Origin: Chthonomonadales bacterium
Lineage (GTDB): Bacteria; Armatimonadota; Chthonomonadetes; Chthonomonadales; CAJBBX01
Length of the DNA stretch: 64,000 nucleotides
Assembly (NCBI GenBank): GCA_049967475.1
Contig: JBMFSQ010000001.1
Coordinates: 150,600-214,599 of the forward strand
Direction: 5' to 3'
Positions 37,916 through 46,257 of this stretch are shown here, one piece after another. Positions within the stretch are counted from its first letter, which is position 1. The number at the start of each line of letters is the position of its first letter. The translations under genes were made by a program, and so were the position numbers. The notes under the pieces are model-generated. The model saw only the letters and a list, made by a program, of their open reading frames with translations. It searched no databases and was not told the origin of the DNA.

Positions 37916-38977
37916 ATGGCGGCGAAGTACCGCGTTGGGATTATCGGAACAGGCCGGCCTTGGAAGAGCCCCGGGGCAACCGGCTTCGGAATGGCGCACG
38001 GGCACGCGCGAGGATACCTGAAGACGGGCCGCTGTGAATTGACGGCAATCGCGGACGTGAATGCAGAGAATGCAGAAGCCTTTGCCAAGGAATACGGGAG
38101 TCCTGCCATATACAGCGACTATACCCAGATGCTGAAACGCGAGCGTTTGGACATCGTCAGCATCTGCACCTGGCCGGCGCTCCATGCACCCATGGTAAGG
38201 GCATGCGCCGAAGCCGGCGTGCGGGCCGTCCATTGCGAGAAGCCGATGGCTCTTCGCTGGGGGGAAGCTCGTGCCATGCATGAGGCTTGTGTGCAGAATG
38301 GGGTGCAGCTCACGTTCAATCATCAACGGCGCTTCCTTCAGCCGTTCCAGACGGCTCGGGAGATGCTGGACGAAGGGGCGATCGGAACGCTTCTGCGGAT
38401 CGAGGGTCAGTGCGCCGACCTGTTCGATTGGGGGACGCACTGGTTCGATATGTTCTTTTACTACAATCATGATCAAGATGCGGAGTGGGTCCTCGGCCAG
38501 ATAGATGCGCGCCGAACGCGGCTCGTCTTTGGAGCGCCGGTGGAGGACCAGGGCGTCAGTCTCTTCAAGTTCCGCAACGGCGTGCGGGCTTTGCTCGTTA
38601 CGGGTTATGATGCGGACATCGGGTGCGCCAACCGCCTGATCGGAACCGACGGTGTCATCGAGATAGGGTGGGAGGCTCCCTGGCTGCGCTATCACGCTCG
38701 CTCAGGCGGCTGGCGCGAGGTGGAGATGACCGAGGGCATCCACGACCCAGTGGGCCTTGAGCGCGCCATGGCGGATGTGGTGTCCTCGCTTGATCAGGGC
38801 CTGCGCCCTCTTCTCTCCAGTTTCAACGCCATTCGCAGTACGGAGGTCCTTTTCGCCACATATGAATCCGCCAGGGTGCGTGGCCGCATTGATCTGCCGC
38901 TTACGAACCCCGAGGCGGGGTTGGCGCCTATGCTCGAAGCAGGTGCGGCGGATCCACACGCTTCGCAGCCGCGTTGA
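37916..38977 (+). CDS. Gfo/Idh/MocA-family oxidoreductase
   Basis: VGIIGTG, HCEKPMA, NHQRRF, DWGTHWFD. Confidence 0.92.
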   Translation: MAAKYRVGIIGTGRPWKSPGATGFGMAHGHARGYLKTGRCELTAIADVNAENAEAFAKEYGSPAIYSDYTQMLKRERLDIVSICTWPALHAPMVRACAEAGVRAVHCEKPMALRWGEARAMHEACVQNGVQLTFNHQRRFLQPFQTAREMLDEGAIGTLLRIEGQCADLFDWGTHWFDMFFYYNHDQDAEWVLGQIDARRTRLVFGAPVEDQGVSLFKFRNGVRALLVTGYDADIGCANRLIGTDGVIEIGWEAPWLRYHARSGGWREVEMTEGIHDPVGLERAMADVVSSLDQGLRPLLSSFNAIRSTEVLFATYESARVRGRIDLPLTNPEAGLAPMLEAGAADPHASQPR

Positions 38978-39009
38978 GCGACATTATTTGGCGCCGGATC
39001 GGGAGGCAC

Positions 39010-40947
39010 CTACGCTGAGGACGCGTGTTTTCGTTCCGTTTGGAGCCGCCGAACCTTCTGGAGCATCTCCATGAGGTCTGCCCGGGATGGAGCCTTCGCC
39101 AGCCCGGCAGAAAGGGTCGCGGCGGCGCCATCCAGGTCGCCGAGGTGGATTTGGGCTTCGGCGAGCTTGCTGTAGGCGAGCCCCACCCAGCCGGCGCGCC
39201 GGACGCACAGCGCGAATTCGTTTCGGGCCTCGGGCCACTTCCCGAGGTGGGCGTAAGCCGTCCCCAGGGCTGCGTGCAAGTCCGTGCGTTTGGGCTGGCC
39301 CGCCAAGGCTCGTGCGAAGTAGCGCACGGCTTTGGCGTATTCCTTGCGGTGCAGGGCGATATAGCCGAAACCCTCGCTGGCGCCGGCGTTTGCCGGATCG
39401 AGGAGGTCGGAAGCTTGGAAGCATGCCAAGGCGCCGTCGTCATCTTTGCGTTGCTCCCGCGCGAAGCCCAGTTGCGCAAAGATAGCCCCCAGCCATTGTT
39501 CGGGTCGAACGAAGTTTCCCTGATTGTCGGCCACGCGTCTTCGCACACTCTCATCCTGATGGAAGACCTGCCAGGCCGATTGAGGATTGCGCCAGGCGTT
39601 GGACCCATACAGCAGCGTGAGAAGCGCCTCCATCTGCCGTTCTGCCGCTTGGCTCTGGTGATCGTTCAGAAGCTCCGCTGCAAGGTTCATACGGGCAATG
39701 ATGCTGTAGGGATCGTAGCGTACGGTAGTGCCGAAGAGCGTGCGTGCATCCTTCCATTGGCCGACGCCCCACAGGGTTAGGGCCGCATACCACACAAAGA
39801 ACGCTCCTGCCGCGGACCATCGGAGGGTCGCGCGAAGTGCGTTTCCCCGCGCGTACCCGATGCTGTTGATGGCCCATGCCAGAAGGGCAGCCACCCCGAT
39901 GCCCGTGATGCCGACGCGATATGGAGCTACCAGGAGCGAGGGCAGCGGCAGGAAATTGAGCACGGGCAGGGCCGAGAGCCAAATGAAGATAAGGAACCAT
40001 GCGGCTGTGCATTCCCTTCGTTTCAATAGACTGGCGAGAAGCCACAGACTTCCGGCGAGGGCGGCGCTGCCTATCGCAAGAGACCACACTGGGTGGTGTT
40101 CGAACCATCCCAGGCAGAATGTGTGCAGCCATCGGGGCGACGGTGCGATGAAGAGGAGTGTGTAGTACGTTACAGATTGGAGCCCTTCGGCAACCTGGCT
40201 TGCAAGGCTCGCAGGCAGTGCGGCCGGCCGGGGAGGTCCGATGGCCATCCAAGTGGCAACGTACAATGCTGCAATGAGCAGCGACGGCGTCATGACTGCG
40301 GCTAGGGTGCGCATCTTTTCGGTCCGGGGGGACGTCTCGAACCAGAGGATTGCCAGAGCGGTGCACGGAAGGAGAGCCAGAGCCTGTTCCTTCGTAAAGA
40401 TGGCGGCTCCAAACGCGGCAACTGCGGCTGCGTAGAGCAACGCGCGTTTGCCCCCTTGCTTCTTCGATGCGGCGAACAGAGCCCAGGCGTAAAGGCAAAC
40501 GAAGAGGCTGCACAGCGCGTCGGTACGGCCGCCGATCCACGCCGTTGTGCTCACCTGGGCCGGTTGAACCGCGAAAAGGAGGCTGCCCAGGAGCGCGATG
40601 CGCCAGCGGCCAAACGCAGCGTAGAGCGTGCCGATCAGGGCCAGAGTGGTAAGCACATGGATCAGGATATTCGTTTGGTGGTAGCCCAGCGGGGTAGTAG
40701 ACCACATCAGGTGGTCTAAGAAGAAGGTTACGGACACGAGCGGGCGGTAATAATGTTCCAGGAATGGCTGCGTGAAGCACGAAGCGAACGAATGGCCTCC
40801 TCCGATGCCGGATCCGCCCACCAGCACGTGGTCATCCCAGATCATCATCCCCTGCAGGGCCGAGCTGTAGACCCCTGCGGCAATTACGATGATGGCAATG
40901 ACGGCTGCGGCGATGCGGTATTCACGGCCAGCTTCTTGCGTGGTCAT
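39010..40947 (-). CDS. TMTC-like polytopic membrane glycosyltransferase (GT-C) with C-terminal TPR repeats
   Basis: IWDD, YYRPL, GYHQTNILIH, AWIGGR, FTKEQA; about 11 TM segments; TPR helices at the C-terminus. Confidence 0.75.
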   Translation of the reverse strand: MTTQEAGREYRIAAAVIAIIVIAAGVYSSALQGMMIWDDHVLVGGSGIGGGHSFASCFTQPFLEHYYRPLVSVTFFLDHLMWSTTPLGYHQTNILIHVLTTLALIGTLYAAFGRWRIALLGSLLFAVQPAQVSTTAWIGGRTDALCSLFVCLYAWALFAASKKQGGKRALLYAAAVAAFGAAIFTKEQALALLPCTALAILWFETSPRTEKMRTLAAVMTPSLLIAALYVATWMAIGPPRPAALPASLASQVAEGLQSVTYYTLLFIAPSPRWLHTFCLGWFEHHPVWSLAIGSAALAGSLWLLASLLKRRECTAAWFLIFIWLSALPVLNFLPLPSLLVAPYRVGITGIGVAALLAWAINSIGYARGNALRATLRWSAAGAFFVWYAALTLWGVGQWKDARTLFGTTVRYDPYSIIARMNLAAELLNDHQSQAAERQMEALLTLLYGSNAWRNPQSAWQVFHQDESVRRRVADNQGNFVRPEQWLGAIFAQLGFAREQRKDDDGALACFQASDLLDPANAGASEGFGYIALHRKEYAKAVRYFARALAGQPKRTDLHAALGTAYAHLGKWPEARNEFALCVRRAGWVGLAYSKLAEAQIHLGDLDGAAATLSAGLAKAPSRADLMEMLQKVRRLQTERKHASSA

Positions 40948-41089
40948 TTCGTTCTATCCCGTTAGGCGGCGTGCCGCGCGCCGGCGCGGATGGGCGGCCG
41001 GAAGCAACTCCTTCAGATCTCTTATGCCATAATGAGGCGAGTTCTTTAGATGCATCGCGGGGGGCGCTAAGCCATACCGGATGACACTC

Positions 41090-41116
41090 TGAAACTTGCC
41101 TAGGCTTCAGGTCGTA
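41090..41116 (+). promoter_or_regulatory. ECF-sigma-like promoter
   Basis: TGAAAC-N17-CGTA upstream of the small membrane protein gene. Confidence 0.4.
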
Positions 41117-41140
41117 ATGCCATTGAATAAGGAGGGCGCC

Positions 41141-41323
41141 ATGGATCCTCGCAATATATGGCATTGGGTGCTTTTGGCGGTAGGCATCTATCTCGTCATT
41201 GGGCTGCTCTCGTGGCTGTTCCACATGGTGATGTATCTGCTGCACTTCGCCATTGTGGTTCTCATCGTCGTGGGGGTGGTGTATCTGCTCACGAACATGT
41301 TTGGGCGCCGCAGCATCACCTGA
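41141..41323 (+). CDS. 60-aa two-TM small membrane protein
   Basis: AAGGAGG RBS, ATG 41141, two hydrophobic helices, basic C-terminus. Confidence 0.75.
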   Translation: MDPRNIWHWVLLAVGIYLVIGLLSWLFHMVMYLLHFAIVVLIVVGVVYLLTNMFGRRSIT

Positions 41324-41389
41324 AGCCGCACGTCTGCGAGTTTGTGAAGTAGCAGGGTACCTGCGTCGCTCCGGCGCGCGGGCCCCGGG

Positions 41390-41419
41390 TTTACACCAGC
41401 CCTCATGCTGCGCTATACT
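41390..41419 (+). promoter_or_regulatory. Sigma70-type promoter for aroF
   Basis: TTTACA-N18-TATACT. Confidence 0.6.
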
Positions 41420-41479
41420 GCAGGGCGGGGGCGGCGCAGACAAAAGCATCCTACGACCGCTGCCGCAGCAGAGCACCTT

Positions 41480-42511
41480 ATGATCGTCCTGATGCATCGC
41501 CATGCCACCGTCGAACAAGTGGACGCAGTGGTGGAGGCGATTGCCAAACATGGTCTCAAGCCTCTGAATCTGCCTGGCGGAGATCACACGGCCATCGGGA
41601 TAGCCAGCGCCATACCGCCCGAGTTGCGGGAGGGGTTGGCGAACCAGCTTTCTGCCATGAACGGCGTGGCCAACGTAGTCCACGTGAGCCGGCCGTACAA
41701 GCTGGCATCCCGGGAATTCCACCAGGCGTCCACCATCGTGCGTGTGGGGGATGTGGAGATCGGCGGCGTCGGCTGTGTCGTGATCGCAGGACCATGTGCA
41801 GTGGAGAGCCGCGAGCAGATCTTCGCTACAGCGCGCTCGGTTCAGGCGGCAGGTGCCCGCATGTTGCGGGGAGGCGCGTACAAGCCCCGCACTTCACCCT
41901 ACTCCTTCCAGGGTTTGCATGAGGAGGGGCTCTCTCTGCTGTTGGAAGTGCGCAACGCATTGGGCATCCCTACGGTAACGGAGGTTGTGGATCCGCACGA
42001 TGTAGACGAAGTGGCCCGGCACGCTGATATGCTCCAGATCGGGGCGCGCAACATGCAGAACTTCCCGCTCTTGATCGCAGCAGGTAGGTCCGGCCACCCT
42101 GTGTTGCTGAAGCGCGGTCCGGCTGCAACTTTGGATGAACTCCTCTTTGCGGCCGAGTATATCCTCCACCACGGAAACGACCGCGTGGTCCTTTGCGAGC
42201 GTGGAGTGCATCCTCTAGATCGCACGTACACCCGTAACACCTTGGATCTAAGCGCGGTGCCTGTTCTGAAGGAGATCACCCATCTTCCCGTGATCGTGGA
42301 CCCCAGCCACGGCGTGGGGCATGCGCGGTATGTGCCGGCGATGTGCAGGGCAGCTTTGGCTGCTGGTGCCGATGGATTGATTATCGAGGTGCACCCATCG
42401 CCGCAGGCGGCTCTCTCGGATGGCCAGCAGTCCTTGACGCCGGAACAGTTCGCAGAATTGATGGGCGGGCTAGCGAGGATTGCGGAGGCTGTAGGCCGGC
42501 GGCTGGCCTAG
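41480..42511 (+). CDS. aroF: DAHP synthase class I-beta with N-terminal regulatory domain
   Basis: IAGPCAVES, KPRTSPYSFQG, QIGARNMQNF, IVDPSH, SDGQQSL. Confidence 0.95.
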   Translation: MIVLMHRHATVEQVDAVVEAIAKHGLKPLNLPGGDHTAIGIASAIPPELREGLANQLSAMNGVANVVHVSRPYKLASREFHQASTIVRVGDVEIGGVGCVVIAGPCAVESREQIFATARSVQAAGARMLRGGAYKPRTSPYSFQGLHEEGLSLLLEVRNALGIPTVTEVVDPHDVDEVARHADMLQIGARNMQNFPLLIAAGRSGHPVLLKRGPAATLDELLFAAEYILHHGNDRVVLCERGVHPLDRTYTRNTLDLSAVPVLKEITHLPVIVDPSHGVGHARYVPAMCRAALAAGADGLIIEVHPSPQAALSDGQQSLTPEQFAELMGGLARIAEAVGRRLA

Positions 42512-43275
42512 GGCGAGGCTCCGATGGCGGCCAAATCCTCTTCTGTGTCTATATCGGTGGCGATTTCCGCGTGCGGCACGACGACGGCTCGTGCTGTGCA
42601 GCCCATCATGCGGGACACTGCCTCTTCCAGGCGCGGGATGGATAGGAACCCCCGCCGGAGCAGCACGGTGAGGGCGAAGAGGGCTACCGTTCCAAACCCG
42701 AGGACCATGGCCAATCGCGCAGGGCTTTTGCGAAGATTGTACGCTACCTGGATGCGCTCTCGCTGGGAGGCCATAACCCTCGTGTTCACAAGCACCATGT
42801 TGCCGCCGGTGAACTCACCCTCGCGAAGCAGCACAGAGGTCCGACGGATAGCCGGGAAGCGCTGCCGGCACAGGCGCATGTTGACGACCGGATAGACGAA
42901 ATCGGCCTGCGTTGCGGCGGCTTTCCGGATGAAATCGTCCACGGCCTCGGAGGTGAGGAAGGGGATGTCGCACGTCGCCACGAGGGCGTAGGAGCTGTCA
43001 CCCACTTCTCGGAGGCCTGCATACACGTTTTCCACAAGGGATCCTGCATCGGGAAGGAGGCGGTACCTGCGGTCGGCGGGCAGGTCGCCGATCACGACTA
43101 CTGTGGAAACGTGGGAAGCGGCTGCCAGAGCTTCTACCACACGATGCACCATCGGCTCGCCCGCCACGCGGATGAGCGCTCGATGGCTCACACCCGAGCG
43201 GCGGGCTGCCGGCTCGAGCGTCTTCCCCCCTGCCAGCACGACAGCGGGCACCCTCTCCACGAGATGTCCGGTCAT
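42508..43275 (-). CDS. MobA-like NTP transferase family protein
   Basis: AVVLAGG, ATCDIPFL, FTGGN, DIDTEEDL. Confidence 0.8.
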   Translation of the reverse strand: MTGHLVERVPAVVLAGGKTLEPAARRSGVSHRALIRVAGEPMVHRVVEALAAASHVSTVVVIGDLPADRRYRLLPDAGSLVENVYAGLREVGDSSYALVATCDIPFLTSEAVDDFIRKAAATQADFVYPVVNMRLCRQRFPAIRRTSVLLREGEFTGGNMVLVNTRVMASQRERIQVAYNLRKSPARLAMVLGFGTVALFALTVLLRRGFLSIPRLEEAVSRMMGCTARAVVVPHAEIATDIDTEEDLAAIGASP

Positions 43276-44168
43276 TCTACGGCATCTCCCAAGCGGAGGG
43301 CTTCCTCACGGTTTACACTCCTGCACACGGTGACGCTGTAGGGGCGCAGGCGCAAGAGCCGCGCGACTTCCTCCGCTTCGGAACGATCGAAGGCCACGCC
43401 GAATACCGCAGATCCGCTTCCGCAGAGGCGGGCGTTCCGAGCGCGGGCCATTAAGAGGTCATCCATCGCGACGGCAACGGCGGGTTCTTCGGCGAGGACC
43501 ACTTGTTCGAAGTCGTTGGTCATGCGGGATGCGATGCGCTGGAGGTCCCTTGCGGCGACGAGCGCTTCCATAGAGCGTGTGCTGCGGGCAGAGACGCGGT
43601 GGGGCAGGGCGTCCAATGCCTGATAAGCGCGTTGGGTGGACACATGGACGGCGGGCATCGCGATGATGAACCAGAGTTGCGGTGCATCGGGCAAGGCGGT
43701 GACGCGATCGCCCCGTCCCCGGACGGAGGCTGTTCCTCCCGTAAGAAAAAAGGGAACATCCGAGCCGAGGTCGCTTGCGAGTTCAGCCAACTCTTCGGTT
43801 GTGAGGCCGAGGTCCAACAATTGGTTCACTCCGCGGAGGGCAGCCGCTGCGTTTGAACTTCCTCCGCCCAACCCGGCTTGCACCGGGATGCGTTTGATGA
43901 GCCGGATCAACACGCCGCGCCCGGAGCCGGATTTGCGCAGAGCTGCCGCGGCGGCGCGGCATGCAAGATTGGTGTCATCGTGAGGTATTCCAGGGGCATC
44001 ACACTGTAACCGGACGCCGGGTTCCTCCACCTCTTCCAGCTCGAGGCAATCGGCCAAGGACACAGTCTGCATCACACTGGCGATATTGTGGTATCCGTCC
44101 GGGCGGCGGCTGAGCACATCCAGGGTAAAGTTCACCTTGGCGTAGCTGGGGACTGTGAGGCGGCGCAT
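43272..44168 (-). CDS. ispE: 4-diphosphocytidyl-2-C-methyl-D-erythritol kinase
   Basis: AKVNFTLDV..RPDGYH, KRIPVQAGLGGGSSNAA, GSDVPFF, CGSGSAVF. Confidence 0.96.
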   Translation of the reverse strand: MRRLTVPSYAKVNFTLDVLSRRPDGYHNIASVMQTVSLADCLELEEVEEPGVRLQCDAPGIPHDDTNLACRAAAAALRKSGSGRGVLIRLIKRIPVQAGLGGGSSNAAAALRGVNQLLDLGLTTEELAELASDLGSDVPFFLTGGTASVRGRGDRVTALPDAPQLWFIIAMPAVHVSTQRAYQALDALPHRVSARSTRSMEALVAARDLQRIASRMTNDFEQVVLAEEPAVAVAMDDLLMARARNARLCGSGSAVFGVAFDRSEAEEVARLLRLRPYSVTVCRSVNREEALRLGDAVE

Positions 44169-44311
44169 TTCTGGGGCGATCTCCCGGCATGGGCAATTAC
44201 AGGCGGATGCCGCGTTGATATTGGACGGCGCGAGCCAAAATCCCTTTGGCGCGCGGGGCATGGGGCGTGATATACTGGTATCCTAATCCACTCGAGAAGG
44301 GTACCGATCCG

Positions 44312-45619
44312 ATGACGCATCAGGCCAGGGAGCGACCGGCAGGGAAGTCATCCGACGCGGGATTGCGTCGGGAAATGGCCGCGGTCCACGCCATCAGCCG
44401 CCACCTCAGTTCTACGCTGGACTTGGAAGATCGTTTGCGGGACATTCTAAACGTGTCCATCGAGGCGGTTCAGGCAGAGGCCGGAACCATCTACCTGCAC
44501 CGCCCTGCGGACGATACGCTCGAATTCCGTTACGTCGTGGGTCCCTCAGCCTCTCGCTCATTGTTCGGTATGGCAATCCCGGCATCCACGGGCATAGCCG
44601 GCCTCGTGTTCCGTTCCGGCGAGGGCTGCATCATAAACGACCTGGATGCCGCCGGAGCCCACCGCCGGGATTTTGGAGAAGGGATCGGCCTCGTTACGCG
44701 CAATATGGTCACTGTGCCGCTGAAGTTCAGCATGGGGCAGGCCGTAGGCGTGATGCAGATCCTTAACAGCAATCGCGGGAACTTCGATGCATCGGATCTC
44801 GAGACGCTGGAGATCATCGCAGCGATCGCGGCAGCAGCCATCGAGAATGCGCATTTGTATCGCCGCGCGCAACTCGCGGCAGTGGCCCATGCCGTGGGCG
44901 ATCTCAGCCATGACCTGAAGAACAAGCTGGCTCCCATCGCAGGATGGGTGGACACGCTTCGCCCCATGATGGACGCCATGTTCGACGCGCCCGGTGGAGA
45001 ACTTCCCGACGCGGATGCGGTTCAGGCTGTGCGGGAGTTCTACGGCGAAGCCTTCGACACGATCAACCAACAGATTGTTGACATCCAGGACTATTGCAAG
45101 CTGATAGGGGACGCCATCAAGGGGGTAGTAGCGCAACCCCGATTGGAGGCGCATGACCTCAACGCCGTGATCGAACGGCAACTGGCAGGGCTCGACCATG
45201 AGGCTGCCCGGCGGAACGTACGCATCGTTCGTGGGCTAGGGGCCGTGCCTACCGCCTTGTTCGACCGGTCCCAAATCGAGCGCGCGGTTTATAACCTGGT
45301 GAACAATGCCCTTCCCGAAACGCCCGAGGGAGGGACGATCACAGTGAGGACTGCTGTGGCGCAGGACCGCGCGTTCGGCGAGATGATCGTAATCGAGGTG
45401 GCGGATACCGGCCGCGGCATGCCTACGGATGTGCTGGAAGGTATCCTAAGGGGTGAAGCCCGCAGCGGGAAGGTAGGCGGCACGGGGCTTGGAACGCGCA
45501 TCGTGGCGAACGCAGCGGCGGCCCATCACGGGCGCTTCGAGGGCGAGAGCCGGGAAGGGGCCGGCACGTGCTTCAGGCTCGCGCTGCCCCTGAGGCGTCC
45601 AGGTGGTTTCGATCAGTGA
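44312..45619 (+). CDS. Soluble GAF-domain sensor histidine kinase
   Basis: GAF (GIAGLV..TRNMVTVPL..AIENAHLY), SHDLKN, NLVNNA, DTGRG, GTGLG. Confidence 0.9.
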   Translation: MTHQARERPAGKSSDAGLRREMAAVHAISRHLSSTLDLEDRLRDILNVSIEAVQAEAGTIYLHRPADDTLEFRYVVGPSASRSLFGMAIPASTGIAGLVFRSGEGCIINDLDAAGAHRRDFGEGIGLVTRNMVTVPLKFSMGQAVGVMQILNSNRGNFDASDLETLEIIAAIAAAAIENAHLYRRAQLAAVAHAVGDLSHDLKNKLAPIAGWVDTLRPMMDAMFDAPGGELPDADAVQAVREFYGEAFDTINQQIVDIQDYCKLIGDAIKGVVAQPRLEAHDLNAVIERQLAGLDHEAARRNVRIVRGLGAVPTALFDRSQIERAVYNLVNNALPETPEGGTITVRTAVAQDRAFGEMIVIEVADTGRGMPTDVLEGILRGEARSGKVGGTGLGTRIVANAAAAHHGRFEGESREGAGTCFRLALPLRRPGGFDQ

Positions 45620-45625
45620 AGGGAT

Positions 45626-46108
45626 ATGTCTCTGATGCGTGCAGGTGTCCTCACGATAAGTGATCGCTGCGCCAGAGGGGTTCAGGAGGATCATTCCGGG
45701 CCGCGGGCACGGGAACTCTTGCAGGGGCACGGTTGGGAGATCGTGACCCATGGTGTGGTTCCTGACGATGTAGAGCAGATCGCGCAAACCCTGGAGGAAT
45801 GGTGTAGTGCCTGCGACCTCATCATTACCACAGGCGGAACCGGCCTGTCGCCTCGTGACGTAACACCTGAGGCGACGCTTCGGGTTGTGGATCGGGAGGC
45901 GCCCGGCCTCGCTGAATATGTGCGGTGGTATGGGTGCCAGCGCAACCCGCGGGCTGCCCTCTCGCGGGGCGTGGCCGGTGTCTGCAAGCGCACCCTCATC
46001 GTGAACCTGCCGGGGAGTGTGCGCGCTGTGGAAGAGGGGCTCCAGGCGCTGATGCCGTTGCTTCACCACGCCGTGGCCCTCATCCAGGATCAGCCGACGG
46101 ATCACTAA
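45626..46108 (+). CDS. Mog/MoaB molybdopterin adenylyltransferase family
   Basis: LTISD, DHSG, TTGGTGLSPRDVTPEAT, SRGVAG, NLPGS. Confidence 0.92.
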   Translation: MSLMRAGVLTISDRCARGVQEDHSGPRARELLQGHGWEIVTHGVVPDDVEQIAQTLEEWCSACDLIITTGGTGLSPRDVTPEATLRVVDREAPGLAEYVRWYGCQRNPRAALSRGVAGVCKRTLIVNLPGSVRAVEEGLQALMPLLHHAVALIQDQPTDH

Positions 46109-46114
46109 CCGGCG

Positions 46115-46144
46115 TTGACATCGCCGAGCTCATGCGGCTATCCT
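46115..46144 (+). promoter_or_regulatory. Sigma70-type promoter for glyS
   Basis: TTGACA-N18-TATCCT. Confidence 0.55.
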
Positions 46145-46257
46145 CTAGAGGCGGTCGGCACATCTGCTGGGCCTTCAACGAGGATGCCCACAGCGCACGC
46201 TTGCTTGCATAGGGCCTTCCGCCGCTGCGTTCTCATGATTAGGGAGTGGGCGCATCT

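Noticed and set aside
46145..46257. T-box riboswitch upstream of glyS
   Set aside because: Too short and no GGTGGNACCGCG T-box sequence or terminator
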